This document shows positions 27,562 through 37,620 of a stretch of 64,000 nt of DNA, piece after piece. Source of the stretch: Candidatus Nitrospinota bacterium M3_3B_026 (GTDB taxonomy: Bacteria > Nitrospinota_A > UBA7883 > JBPRGF01); assembly GCA_051418015.1 (NCBI GenBank), contig JBPRGF010000033.1, forward strand, positions 384,001 through 448,000, in the 5' to 3' direction. Position 1 is the first letter of the stretch. The number at the start of each line of letters is the position of its first letter. The position numbers and the translations under genes are program-made. The notes under the pieces were generated by a model that ran no database searches, was not told the origin of the DNA, and saw only the letters and a program-made list of their open reading frames with translations.

Positions 27562-29030
27562 GCGGGACGGACATCGCGGTACTGGCTGTCTACACGGCCG
27601 GGGTCACGGCGTTCGGCCTTTTTTTCTATCGCAGGGCAGGAAGCGCTGACGGTTTCACCAGGGCCGGGGGCAGGCTTCCGGGCTGGGTGGTCGGGCTTTC
27701 CATATTCGGAACGTACCTTTCCTCCATATCCTTCCTGGCGCTTCCAGGAAAGGCCTACTCGGCCAATTGGAACGCCTTCGCCTTCTCTCTTTCCCTCCCC
27801 TTCGCCGCGTGGGCGGCCACAAGGTGGTTCGCGCCGCTTTACCGGCAGACCGGCGATGTCTCCGCATATGCCTACCTGGAGAGGAGGTTTGGCCTGGGGC
27901 CGAGGATGTACGCCACCGCCTGCTATCTTTTGACGCAGCTCGCCAGGACGGGGACGATTCTCTTTCTCGTGGCGCTTGCGCTGCAGGGATTTACAGGTTG
28001 GGATATCGGCGTCATCATCATCGCGGCGGGCGTCCTGGTCACACTCTACACCGTTGTCGGGGGCATCGAGGCGGTGATATGGACAGACGCCATCCAGAGC
28101 GCCGTCCTGACCGCCGGGGCGCTGATCTGCGCGGTCATACTGATAACAGGCGCGGACGGACAGATCGCCGCCGCCTGGCCGGGGAAATTCTCGCTTGGCC
28201 CGTTCGAGCCGGATTTCACCAGCCAGACCTTCTGGGTGGTCTTCATCTACGGCATCGTGATAAACCTGCAGAACTTCGGGATCGACCAGTCCTACGTCCA
28301 GAGATACCAGACGGCCAGGTCGCTTGCCGACGTCCGGCGCTCGGTCTGGATAGGCGCGCTGGCTTATATCCCCGTCAGCGCTCTCTTCCTCTTCATCGGC
28401 TCGGCTCTTTTCGCCTGGTACGCGGCGCGGCCGGACCTTCTGCCCTCCGGCGTCGAGGGGGACAGGGTCTTCCCCCATTTCATCGCGACAGAGCTCCCGG
28501 AAGGTTTCAGGGGTCTTTTGATCGCCGCCCTGTTCGCCGCCGCCATGAGCTCCGTGGACAGCTCGCTGAACTCCTCGGCCACGATCCTGATGACGGACGT
28601 CTACCTGCGTTTTTTCAGGAAGAGCGCCAGTGAGCGGGAACGAATCCGTTTTCTCCGGCTGACCACCTTCCTGCTCGGCGCGGGAGGGACGGGGACGGCC
28701 CTTCTGATGATCTCCATCAAAAGCGCGCTGGACGCCTGGTGGTGGCTGGCGGGGATTTTTTCGGGCGGGATGCTGGGGCTTTTCCTGCTGGGAGCCTTTT
28801 CGAGACGGGCTGAATCCCCCCATGCCGTGGCCGCCGTGGCGGCGGGTCTTCTGGTGATCGCCTGGGCGGCCGCCTCGAAGGGTCTTGGCCTGCCTCTTGC
28901 CAGCCCCCTTCATCCGTTCATGACAACCGTTATCGGTACGGTGGTTATCTTTTTCGCGGGGTTTTCCCTTTCCCGGGGCCGCGAGAGGCGGAAAAAGATC
29001 CGCCCTGCCCAGACAGTCTTCGACTTGTAA
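27558..29030 (+). CDS. Sodium:solute symporter family protein
   Basis: ATGA overlap; YLERRFG, GGIEAVIWTD, DQSYVQRY, AAAMSSVDS. Confidence 0.92.
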   Translation: MSGTDIAVLAVYTAGVTAFGLFFYRRAGSADGFTRAGGRLPGWVVGLSIFGTYLSSISFLALPGKAYSANWNAFAFSLSLPFAAWAATRWFAPLYRQTGDVSAYAYLERRFGLGPRMYATACYLLTQLARTGTILFLVALALQGFTGWDIGVIIIAAGVLVTLYTVVGGIEAVIWTDAIQSAVLTAGALICAVILITGADGQIAAAWPGKFSLGPFEPDFTSQTFWVVFIYGIVINLQNFGIDQSYVQRYQTARSLADVRRSVWIGALAYIPVSALFLFIGSALFAWYAARPDLLPSGVEGDRVFPHFIATELPEGFRGLLIAALFAAAMSSVDSSLNSSATILMTDVYLRFFRKSASERERIRFLRLTTFLLGAGGTGTALLMISIKSALDAWWWLAGIFSGGMLGLFLLGAFSRRAESPHAVAAVAAGLLVIAWAAASKGLGLPLASPLHPFMTTVIGTVVIFFAGFSLSRGRERRKKIRPAQTVFDL

Positions 29031-29054
29031 CGCCAAGCGTACTATATTTATTAA

Positions 29055-30197
29055 ATGATGTCCGGGAAAAACAGCATATTCTGGCACGAGGACGACCTCG
29101 CCGCCCTGAACGGCGCCGCGCCGATAAACGAAAAACTCGCCGTCATACACAACGCCGTCCGGAGACGGTTCGATTTCATCGACCGGATCGCTGTCGCCAT
29201 GTATGACGAGGAATCCGGGATGCTCTCCACGTACATATGCAGCGGCGACGCCAGGCCGCTTGTCCACTATGAGACGACGCTGGACAGGGCGCCCTCCCTC
29301 GAACAAATAGTGAAAAAGGGCCGGCCCAGGGTGGTCAACGACCTGTCCGTCTTCGACGAGGGCAGGGCCCCACACACGCTGGCCATCAAGGGGCAGGGCT
29401 ACGCCTCCAGCTACACCACGCCCATGTATCTCGACGGCGTGGCGGAAGGGTTCCTCTTTTTCAACTCATACCAGAAGAACCGCTTCATGGAGGATGTCCT
29501 GAAAAGCCTGGACGTCTTCGCGCACCTTGCCGCCTCGGTCATAGCCAACGAGATGCTGGCCGCCCGCACACTGCTTGCGGCCTTGAGAACATCCAACGCC
29601 ATCGTGCACCATAGGGACCCGGAGACCAGCGGGCACCTTAACAGGATGGCCGGCTACTGCCACGTCATCGCCAACGACCTCGCCGCCACGGGCAAGCATG
29701 ACTTCGATGACAAGTTCATCGAGGACGTCTTTCTCTTCGCGCCGATGCATGACATCGGCAAGATCGGGATACCCGACAGCGTCCTTAAAAAGAGAGGGAA
29801 GCTGACGGAGAAAGAGTTCGAGTTGATGAAAAAGCACACCACGAAGGGCCGCCAGATAATCGACGCCATGATAGAGAACTTCAACCTCGGCTCGTTTCTG
29901 AACATAGATGTTCTGCGCAACATCGCTGAAAGCCATCACGAGGCGATGGACGGCTCCGGCTATCCCCGCGGGGCGAAAGGCGACGAGATACCCATAGAGG
30001 CCAGGATCATCGCCGTGGCGGACGTTTTCGACGCACTGACCAGCCACCGCGTATACAAGCAGGCCTGGACGAACGACGAGGCTTTCGCCTCTCTGCGAAG
30101 GCTCGCCAAGTCCAAGCTGGACCGCGATTGCGTGGAGGCGCTGGAGAGAAGCAGGAAAACGGTGGAAAGGCTCCAGGCCAGGTTCGGGAAGGATTGA
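29055..30197 (+). CDS. GAF + HD-GYP phosphodiesterase
   Basis: RDPETSGH, MHDIGKIGIPD, HHEAMDGSGYP, ARIIAVADVFDALT. Confidence 0.92.
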   Translation: MMSGKNSIFWHEDDLAALNGAAPINEKLAVIHNAVRRRFDFIDRIAVAMYDEESGMLSTYICSGDARPLVHYETTLDRAPSLEQIVKKGRPRVVNDLSVFDEGRAPHTLAIKGQGYASSYTTPMYLDGVAEGFLFFNSYQKNRFMEDVLKSLDVFAHLAASVIANEMLAARTLLAALRTSNAIVHHRDPETSGHLNRMAGYCHVIANDLAATGKHDFDDKFIEDVFLFAPMHDIGKIGIPDSVLKKRGKLTEKEFELMKKHTTKGRQIIDAMIENFNLGSFLNIDVLRNIAESHHEAMDGSGYPRGAKGDEIPIEARIIAVADVFDALTSHRVYKQAWTNDEAFASLRRLAKSKLDRDCVEALERSRKTVERLQARFGKD

Positions 30198-30212
30198 GAC
30201 GAGGGGCCGGGG

Positions 30213-31280
30213 TCAATCCTTCTCCTTCTCCAGCCTCACCTTTTCCGCCTCGATCTTCTCCTCAAGAAATTTCTTGTACCTGTCGTTGCGGGCCATTTTC
30301 TCATCCGCCTTCGCCCGCGCGTCCTCGTTTTCGGTCTTGCTGCGCTCCTCTTTCAGGGCGGCGGTCTCCTCCACCATCTGCTCAAGCCGCGATTTCAGAT
30401 CCTCCAGCAACGCGGCGCGCTCCGCCTTTTTGAAGACTTTTTCCTCGGCGCCCTCTCTTTCGCCGTCTTCCTCTTTTTTTTCCGGTACCGGCTCCGGGAT
30501 GAAGACTTTTTCGGGAGGGAGGGCGCGCTGGTTCATGAAGGTGGGAGAGACTATCTCTATGCCATGCCCGCTCAGGGAGTCCAGTATGTTCTCTCGCAGC
30601 CGCGAGCGGGTGGAGATCAGTGTCTTCACGTCCTCCAGGAAACCGGAGGCGCGATAGGTGACCGAGAAATCGCCCAACTCCAGAACATGGACAAAGGGAT
30701 CCTTCAGCTTCGTCCTCTCCACCGCCTCGATCAACGCCTTTTCCACCTTGGCGCGCGGGACATCATACCCAAGCGACACGCGGGCGGAGACTATCGTCCC
30801 CGAGGAGCGGATGACCGTCACCGGCTGCGTCACCAGCAGAAGGTTGGATATCGTCGTAAGCTCGCTCTTTTCGGTTTGTATCTCGGCGCTCAATATCCCC
30901 TGCTCCGTGACGCGCCCGAACTCGCCGCCGACCTTGATAAAATCGCCGGGGCGGAATTTTTTCATTCCCCGAACCATGAGGCCCGCCATGGCGTTACCCA
31001 CGAACGTTGTCGAAGAGAGGGTTATCACGGCGCTTATGACTATCCCCACGAGGGTCAAAAGCTGCGAGCGGGTGGAATCCTCCACTGGAAGCGCGATGAT
31101 CGCCCCCACAAGACCCACACCGACCAGGGCGAGGATTATGAGGCCCCGCAACAGGGTGTGCTGGCTGGAAAACTCCGGGTACCTTGCGAAAATCCGCTGG
31201 ACGCCGTAAACCAGCAGAGCGGCTACTATGAACACCGCCAGAAATGGCCAGAACTCAACCAGCCTGCCTAGAATATCCAA
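30213..31280 (-). CDS. MscS-family mechanosensitive channel with charged C-terminal tail
   Basis: Three TMs, GNAMAGL, FRPGDFI, VSLGYDV, GIEIVSP. Confidence 0.88.
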   Translation of the reverse strand: MDILGRLVEFWPFLAVFIVAALLVYGVQRIFARYPEFSSQHTLLRGLIILALVGVGLVGAIIALPVEDSTRSQLLTLVGIVISAVITLSSTTFVGNAMAGLMVRGMKKFRPGDFIKVGGEFGRVTEQGILSAEIQTEKSELTTISNLLLVTQPVTVIRSSGTIVSARVSLGYDVPRAKVEKALIEAVERTKLKDPFVHVLELGDFSVTYRASGFLEDVKTLISTRSRLRENILDSLSGHGIEIVSPTFMNQRALPPEKVFIPEPVPEKKEEDGEREGAEEKVFKKAERAALLEDLKSRLEQMVEETAALKEERSKTENEDARAKADEKMARNDRYKKFLEEKIEAEKVRLEKEKD

Positions 31281-31302
31281 ACCACCTCCATTGTTCTCTC
31301 CG

Positions 31303-32055
31303 TCAGTCCTCTTCCACCCAGCCCATCCTGGCGAATATGGGCCAGTGAACGATCCTCTCCACCTCCGGCCCGCCCCATGCCTCGGCGATCTCGGAGGATA
31401 TCCTCTCCAGCGGTTCGTAGCCCCTATCGTCCCTGAACCGTTTCACGGACGACCATGTCCCCAGATACCCCAGGAACATGTCCGCCGTCCAGAGCGCCTG
31501 CATCGTGAAAAAGAGGCTCTCTGTTTTTTCGAAGTCGAATGGAATGGTCCTGTACTCCTCGTCTATGTAGCGCCTCTCCGGCGGCCAGTAGGGGCCAAGA
31601 ATTTTTTCATAGAGATGGGATGTGATCCCGTCGATCTCCGGTGACACGTTCGCCAGGCCGTAGACCCAAGCCGCCACGGCGCCGCCGGGCCTCAACACAC
31701 GTTTGGCTTCCCTATAGAACTTGTCCAGGTCGAACCAGTGCAGCGCCTGCGCCACTGTTACAAGATCCACGCTGTCGTCTTTCAGGCAGCACTCCTCGGC
31801 CCTCGCCACAACACGATGAACGCCCGCGCGTCCGGCGGCTTTCTCCAGAAGCCGCAGGCTTATGTCCGTGCCCACCACAACGTCGAAATAGTCCGCCAGT
31901 TTCCCCGCCGCCTTGCCAGTCCCGCATCCGGCGTCCCAGGCGGCCTTTTTGCCGGGGACTTTGCCCGCGACCGTATCGAAAAGGGTTACGGGATAGTCCG
32001 GCCTGTAGGTCGCGTATTCGCTGGACCGTTCCGAAAAATAGTCCCTGTAGCTCAT
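31303..32055 (-). CDS. Class I SAM-dependent methyltransferase
   Basis: YRPDYP, WDAGCGTG, VTVAQALHWF, RVLRPGG; ATG at 32055. Confidence 0.9.
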   Translation of the reverse strand: MSYRDYFSERSSEYATYRPDYPVTLFDTVAGKVPGKKAAWDAGCGTGKAAGKLADYFDVVVGTDISLRLLEKAAGRAGVHRVVARAEECCLKDDSVDLVTVAQALHWFDLDKFYREAKRVLRPGGAVAAWVYGLANVSPEIDGITSHLYEKILGPYWPPERRYIDEEYRTIPFDFEKTESLFFTMQALWTADMFLGYLGTWSSVKRFRDDRGYEPLERISSEIAEAWGGPEVERIVHWPIFARMGWVEED

Positions 32056-32080
32056 GGGAGGGGAAAGGAGGCGGGGACTT

Positions 32081-32875
32081 TCAATCCATCTCCATTTCCA
32101 TGTCGAGGTCGTCCTGGTCATGGATGAATTTCCTGAGCTTCGCGCGCAGTCTCAGGACGAGCTTGGTGTGTATCTGGGAGACGCGGGACTCGGTTATGCC
32201 GAGCACTTCCCCTATCTCCTTCATGGTGAGTTCCTCGTAGTAGTAGAGGGAGACCACCAGCCGCTCTTTCTCCGGGAGCATGTCTATGGCCCGGGCGATG
32301 ATGGACCGTATCTCCTCCAGCCGGGCGAGCGTCTCCGGGTCGGTCTCCTTGGTGCCTGCCAGCACCTCCATCAGGTCGCGTTTCTCTCCGTCCCTGCTCA
32401 CGCCCCCCAGGTCCTCCACGGAAAGGATCGCCTGTCCCGCGGCGCTTTTCAGGAGCTCGTGGAACTCCTCGATGGTGACCCCCATAGCCTCGGCCACCTC
32501 GTGGTCCTCGGCGGGGCGGCCGAGCTTCTGCTCCAGGGCGGCGTAGGCGGCGGAGACGGCGGATGCCTTCTGGCGCACTGACCTTGGCACCCAGTCCTGG
32601 GAACGAAGCTCGTCCAGCATGGCGCCGCGGATTCTTATCTCCGCGTAGGTTTTAAACTGCGTCTCCTTGCCGGGGTTGTATTTTTCGATGGCGTCGATCA
32701 GCCCTATGACGCCGGAGCTTATCAGGTCGTCCAGCTCGATGTGGGGAGGAAGACGCATGGCCAGCCGGTGGGCGACATATTTTATGAGCGGGGAGTATTC
32801 CATGATGAGCTTGTCCGCCTCGGGCGTGCCGAGCCTGACCCCCGCCACGGGATTTTCCTGGTACTTGTTTCTCAT
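32081..32875 (-). CDS. fliA: Flagellar sigma factor sigma28
   Basis: DDLISSGVIGLIDA, RIRGAMLDELR..DWVPRSVR, YYYEELTMKEIG..LGITESRVSQIH. Confidence 0.96.
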   Translation of the reverse strand: MRNKYQENPVAGVRLGTPEADKLIMEYSPLIKYVAHRLAMRLPPHIELDDLISSGVIGLIDAIEKYNPGKETQFKTYAEIRIRGAMLDELRSQDWVPRSVRQKASAVSAAYAALEQKLGRPAEDHEVAEAMGVTIEEFHELLKSAAGQAILSVEDLGGVSRDGEKRDLMEVLAGTKETDPETLARLEEIRSIIARAIDMLPEKERLVVSLYYYEELTMKEIGEVLGITESRVSQIHTKLVLRLRAKLRKFIHDQDDLDMEMEMD

Positions 32876-32911
32876 TATCCTTTAGAGCCCCGTATCCGGC
32901 TGATTTTCTTT

Positions 32912-32940
32912 ATTATAAATGGCGCGCGGACAGGTGTAAA
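32912..32940 (-). promoter_or_regulatory. Sigma70-type promoter directly upstream of fliA
   Basis: TTTACA-17 nt-TATAAT on the minus strand. Confidence 0.7.
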
Positions 32941-32969
32941 GCTTGGTGATCCTCCTGGAACGGCGTCTT

Positions 32970-33203
32970 TCAACGCTTTTTCTCACCGCCCGGCGGAGGC
33001 TTCGGAGGCTTTGGGATCTCTACGGGGCCGTCGAAGAGGATAACGGCGAGCAGTTTGCCGAAGACGAAAAAGACCGCGCCCGCCGCCAGCGCCCTCAGCG
33101 CGGAGACACCGGACCCGGCGCCCGCCGTCATGGAGGCGAACCCGGCCACACCGAAAGCGAATATCCCCAGCGCCACGGAAAACCTTGTCGAAAAATCTTT
33201 CAT
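32970..33203 (-). CDS. Small 2-TM hypothetical protein between flhG and fliA
   Basis: MKDFSTRFSVALGIFAFG...; two hydrophobic segments and Pro/Lys tail; GAGG RBS. Confidence 0.65.
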   Translation of the reverse strand: MKDFSTRFSVALGIFAFGVAGFASMTAGAGSGVSALRALAAGAVFFVFGKLLAVILFDGPVEIPKPPKPPPGGEKKR

Positions 33204-33258
33204 CAAAAACCTCCGGCCCCGCGAGCAAAAAGGCGCGAGAGGCGCCACCGCGCCTCCG

Positions 33259-34116
33259 TCAGGACGCCAGGACCTTCTCCCATCCTATCCCTGCTGGAGC
33301 GTCGTTTTCCACGAGATTCTTCGCGATGCGCTTCAGGAGCCCGGCCGCTTTCGTGCCAGGATACTTTTCCATGAAGAGGCGCTGCTCCCGCACGGCACGG
33401 GAAACCATCTCGTCCTGGGTGATATGCCCCAGGAGGTCTATCCTGATGTCCAGTCCGAACCTGTCCGCCACGCGGGCGAGCCGCTCGCTTACGGACTGGG
33501 CCTCGGCGGCGTTCTTCACGGAGTTCACTATCAGCCTGAAATCGCGCCTGTCGTATTCGCGGGAGAGCTTTTTCATGATCGCGTAGGCGTCGGCGAAGGC
33601 CGTCGGCTCCGTCGAGGTCACCACCACCAGCTCCCCGGCTGCGGAACAGAAGTACATGACGTTCGACGAGACACCCGCGCCCACGTCGAACAGGATGAAG
33701 TCATACTCCCGCTCCAGCGCCTCCAGCTCCGTCCTGAGAGCCAGCATCTCCTCGCCGGAAAGCTCGCTGCGCCTCCTTGCGCCGGAGCTGGCGGGCAGTA
33801 TCTCCACTCCGCCGGGGCCTTTCACTATTATCTCGTCCATCGTCTTCTCGCCGGAAGCGACGTGGTCGAGGTTATAGCGCGGGGCGAGGCCGAGCAGAAT
33901 GTGTATATTACCGAGCCCTATATCCGCGTCGAAGACAAGAGTCCTCTTACCCATGGAGGCGAAAGCGTATGCGAGGTTGGCCACGACGTTTGTCTTGCCC
34001 ACCCCTCCTTTTCCGGACGCGACGGCTATCCCCCTCGCCTTTCCGGGACCTTCCGCGCCAGCCCCCCTCTTCTCAAACCCTCTGGCCATTTTCCTCAACG
34101 ATCCTGCCTGATCCAT
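33259..34116 (-). CDS. flhG: MinD-like flagellar number regulator FlhG/FleN
   Basis: MDQAGSLR start, SGKGGVGKT, DADIGLGN, EPTAFADAYA. Confidence 0.95.
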   Translation of the reverse strand: MDQAGSLRKMARGFEKRGAGAEGPGKARGIAVASGKGGVGKTNVVANLAYAFASMGKRTLVFDADIGLGNIHILLGLAPRYNLDHVASGEKTMDEIIVKGPGGVEILPASSGARRRSELSGEEMLALRTELEALEREYDFILFDVGAGVSSNVMYFCSAAGELVVVTSTEPTAFADAYAIMKKLSREYDRRDFRLIVNSVKNAAEAQSVSERLARVADRFGLDIRIDLLGHITQDEMVSRAVREQRLFMEKYPGTKAAGLLKRIAKNLVENDAPAGIGWEKVLAS

Positions 34117-34136
34117 CTTTATCTCCTGTCGTGTTT

Positions 34137-35399
34137 TCAGTTCGCTTTTTTTCTGTCTGTCCTGAAAAATCTGTTCAAAAGCCTCTTGGCCGTGGCCTCC
34201 TCCATGTCCTCCGGCACGCGCTGTCCCATGGTCAGATATGACACCGGAAGGCCGGTGGAAAGCTGCAGGCTTATGGCCCCGCCGAGTTCCACCGCCTCGT
34301 CCAGCTTGGTGAACACCAGGCCCGACACACCGAGCCTTCCAAAATTCCTGGCCGCCTCCGCCATCTGCCTGGCCGGCGAAGCGGCGGACAGGATGAGCCG
34401 GACGTCCATCCCCGGCGCCTTTTCGAAAAATCCCGAAAGCTCCTCTATGCTCTCCAGGTCCCGCTGGGACCTGCCGGCGGTGTCTATGAGGACGATGTCC
34501 TTCGACCGGAACTCGTCCAGCGCCACCGGAAGATCGCCGGGGTAAAGGACGACCCTGAGAGGTATCTTCAGAATCCTGGCGTATATCTTGAGCTGCTCTA
34601 CGGCGGCTATCCTGTAGGTATCGATGGTCACGAGCCCCACCCTTGCGCCGGACTGGGCGAGGTTCGCCGCCAGCTTGGCCGCCGTCGTCGTCTTGCCGAC
34701 GCCCGTGGGGCCCGCGAGGGCCACAACCTTCCGCCCCCCTTCCACAGGGGCCTCCAGCCACCCGCCGAAGGTGAGAGCCTTTTTCAGCCCGGCGGCGGCC
34801 ACGTAAAGCAGGGTCTTCAGGTCCGGTTCCGGCCCCCCGGCGGCGTTTTCCCTTATCTCATCCACAAGCGCCTGGACATGCTCCGGGGCCAGCCCTTTGT
34901 CCCTCAGTATTCCCGCGAGGGCGGCTGTCCCTCTCCCCATCCTTTTTTCCGATTCCGTCCGCGAGCGTTCCATCAGGTGAGTCACCATCGACTTCAGCTC
35001 GCGCATCTCCTCCTCCAGCGCCGGGGCGGTGTCTTCCGTTCTCCTCGCCGCCAGCCCGGCGAGGCTCTTTCTCAAGCTCTCCATCTCCGCGAGAACAGGC
35101 TCCAGCGCCGCCGCTGTCCCGGCGTTCATGGCAGCCGCGGACAGGCGGGGCGGGGTGTTGTCCGGCTGTCCGCCCCTTTTCTCTTTGCGGGCGGCGGGGG
35201 CGGCGGCGGTGACCTTTATGACAGGCCGTCCGAACAGGCCGAAAGCGCCCGCGCCTTTCATAACCTTGTTGGACGAGAGAATCACCGCGTCCGGCCCCAA
35301 ATCGCTTTTGACCATTCGCAGGGCCTCGCCCATGTCAACGGCCTCGTAGTGTTTGACCATCTGTCCCTGCGCGCCTGCCATAAAAGCTCCGCGTGTCAT
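34137..35399 (-). CDS. flhF: Flagellar SRP-like GTPase FlhF
   Basis: LGPDAVIL, GPTGVGKTTT, DTYRIAAVEQL, DTAGRS, TKLDE, GQRVPED; start may be 35381. Confidence 0.95.
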   Translation of the reverse strand: MTRGAFMAGAQGQMVKHYEAVDMGEALRMVKSDLGPDAVILSSNKVMKGAGAFGLFGRPVIKVTAAAPAARKEKRGGQPDNTPPRLSAAAMNAGTAAALEPVLAEMESLRKSLAGLAARRTEDTAPALEEEMRELKSMVTHLMERSRTESEKRMGRGTAALAGILRDKGLAPEHVQALVDEIRENAAGGPEPDLKTLLYVAAAGLKKALTFGGWLEAPVEGGRKVVALAGPTGVGKTTTAAKLAANLAQSGARVGLVTIDTYRIAAVEQLKIYARILKIPLRVVLYPGDLPVALDEFRSKDIVLIDTAGRSQRDLESIEELSGFFEKAPGMDVRLILSAASPARQMAEAARNFGRLGVSGLVFTKLDEAVELGGAISLQLSTGLPVSYLTMGQRVPEDMEEATAKRLLNRFFRTDRKKAN

Positions 35400-37481
35400 T
35401 TACACGCTCACCACGCCGATGTTCTGTATCATCGTGTCCTGCGATATCTCGTTGTGGGATAGGATGTTGAGAGCCGGTATGAACCGCTCCACAAGCCGCC
35501 GCAACGGCAGCCTGACGGCCGGGTTCACCAGGAGGACAGGGTTCGCCCCACGCATGTCGAACTTGTCCATGCTCCCCTTCATGGCCTCAATGAGCTTCTG
35601 GGCGAAGTCGGGATCGAGGGCCAGGTATGAGCCGCTCTCGGTCGATTTCACCGCTCTCGTCAAGGTGTCTTCAAGCTCCGGGGCCATGGTTGTCACGGGC
35701 ATGGTTTTGTCCTCCAGGCGCAGGGACTTGCTTATCTGCCTCGCCAGTCCGGCGCGGACGTATTCCGTCAGCACGTCGGTGTCCTTGGTGACGGGCGCGT
35801 AGTCGGCCAGCGTCTCCAGGATGGTCAGCAGATCGCGGATGGAGACGCCCTCCCTCAAAAGGTTCTGCATGACCTTCTGCGTCTGCCCGAGGGAGAGCAG
35901 CCCCGGGATGAGCTCCTCGACCACCTTGGGATGGGTCTCCTTGAAGGTGTCTATGAGATTCTGCGTCTCCTGGCGGCCCAGCAACTCGTGGGAATACTGG
36001 CGGATGATCTCCTTTATGTGCGTGGTGACGACCGTGGCCGTGTCCACAACCGTGTAGCCTGCCATCTTCGCGCGCTCCTTATCCGCCTCGGCGACCCAGT
36101 AGGCCGGCAGGCCGAAGGTGGGGTCCTTCGTCTGGACGCCCGGGATTTTCGGCGCGTCCGGGCCGGGGCTTATGGCCAGGTAGTGGTTCATCCACAGTTC
36201 TCCCCTGGCCACTTCCACCCCCTTCACGAGGATGGTGTACTCGTTGGACTTGAGTTGCAGGTTGTCGCGGATATGAAGCGGGGGGACGATTATCCCCATC
36301 TCAAGGGCAAACTGCCTGCGAACGGATTTTATCCTCTCCAGCAACTCGCCGTCCTGTGCGGCGTCCACGAGCGGTATCAGCTCGTAGCCTATCTCCAGCT
36401 CCATGACGTCCAGCGGCAGCAACGCCTCCACCCTCTCCGGGGCTGGCGCCTCTGCGGCCCTCTCCTCTTCCTCCCTCACTGCGGCGGCGGCCTCGGTCTC
36501 CATCTGGTAAAGGACATAGGCCAGGAAACCGGCCCCGGAGCCCAGCGTGACGAAGGCCAGCGTGGGCATCCCCGGCATCATGGCCAGGAGCGCCAGGAAA
36601 CCCGCCGTTATGCCGAACGCCCTGGGGTTTATCATCAACTGCTGGGCGAGCTGTCTGCCAAGGTCGGTGGTGCCCACGGCCCGGGTCACGACCAGGCCCG
36701 CGGAGGTGGATATTATGAGAGAAGGCAGCTGCGAGACAAGGCCGTCGCCCACCGTCAGGATGGTGTAGACCCGGGCCGCCTCGGCGATGGTCAACCCCTG
36801 CTGGAGCACGCCTATGGCGAAGCCGGCGGCGATATTTATCAGCGTTATTATTATTCCGGCGACGACGTCCCCCCGGACGAACTTCAGCGCGCCGTCCATC
36901 GCCCCGTAGAAGCTGGCTTCGTCCTCAAGGGCCTTGCGCCTGTTCTTCGCATCCTCCTCGGATATTATCCCTGCGTTCAGGTCGGCGTCTATGCTCATCT
37001 GCTTGCCCGGCATGGCGTCGAGGGTGAACCTGGCGGCGACCTCGGAGGTCCTGGTGGAGCCCTGGGTTATGACCTTGTAGTTTATGATGACCAGGATGGC
37101 GAAGACGACTATGCCCACGATGTAATTGCCGCCCACCACGTACTGGCCGAAAGACTCTATCACCTTCCCCGCCGCGTCCGTGCCCTCGTTACCGTGCAAC
37201 AGGATGAGCCGCGTCGAAGCGACGTTCAGCGACAGGCGGAAGATCGCCAGCACCAGAAGCAGTGACGGGAACGCCGAGAAGCTCAAGGGGCTGGAAAGAT
37301 AGATGGCGACCAAAAGAACCACCAGACCCAGGGTGATGGAGGTCGAAAGCAGAAGGTCGAGAAGGACCGGCGGGACGGGGATCACCATCACGATGAGGAT
37401 CCCCACCACGGCTATGGCCAACGCCACATCCGCGTTCTTCGTTATCATCTCGGCTCTCGCCGCCGCTGTAGCTTCCGCCAT
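35400..37481 (-). CDS. flhA: Flagellar export protein FlhA
   Basis: FRLSLNVASTRLIL, EVAARFTLDAMPGKQMSIDADLNAG, FYGAMDGA. Confidence 0.97.
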   Translation of the reverse strand: MAEATAAARAEMITKNADVALAIAVVGILIVMVIPVPPVLLDLLLSTSITLGLVVLLVAIYLSSPLSFSAFPSLLLVLAIFRLSLNVASTRLILLHGNEGTDAAGKVIESFGQYVVGGNYIVGIVVFAILVIINYKVITQGSTRTSEVAARFTLDAMPGKQMSIDADLNAGIISEEDAKNRRKALEDEASFYGAMDGALKFVRGDVVAGIIITLINIAAGFAIGVLQQGLTIAEAARVYTILTVGDGLVSQLPSLIISTSAGLVVTRAVGTTDLGRQLAQQLMINPRAFGITAGFLALLAMMPGMPTLAFVTLGSGAGFLAYVLYQMETEAAAAVREEEERAAEAPAPERVEALLPLDVMELEIGYELIPLVDAAQDGELLERIKSVRRQFALEMGIIVPPLHIRDNLQLKSNEYTILVKGVEVARGELWMNHYLAISPGPDAPKIPGVQTKDPTFGLPAYWVAEADKERAKMAGYTVVDTATVVTTHIKEIIRQYSHELLGRQETQNLIDTFKETHPKVVEELIPGLLSLGQTQKVMQNLLREGVSIRDLLTILETLADYAPVTKDTDVLTEYVRAGLARQISKSLRLEDKTMPVTTMAPELEDTLTRAVKSTESGSYLALDPDFAQKLIEAMKGSMDKFDMRGANPVLLVNPAVRLPLRRLVERFIPALNILSHNEISQDTMIQNIGVVSV

Positions 37482-37507
37482 CGCTCCTGAATTACTCCTC
37501 GATAAGT

Positions 37508-37561
37508 GTCAAAATTCCGCCGCTCCGGCCGCGCGCGCTTCGAGCGTCAAACTTCCGCCGC
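37508..37561. promoter_or_regulatory. Direct repeat GTCAAA(A/C)TTCCGCCGC upstream of flhA (FleQ-like boxes)
   Basis: 37508-37523 and 37546-37561, 15/16 identical. Confidence 0.55.
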
Positions 37562-37620
37562 CGGATTTCTGGCGCTCACTGACTTCCGCGCCTTTCCGGC
37601 CCGCTCCATAACCTCTTGAT

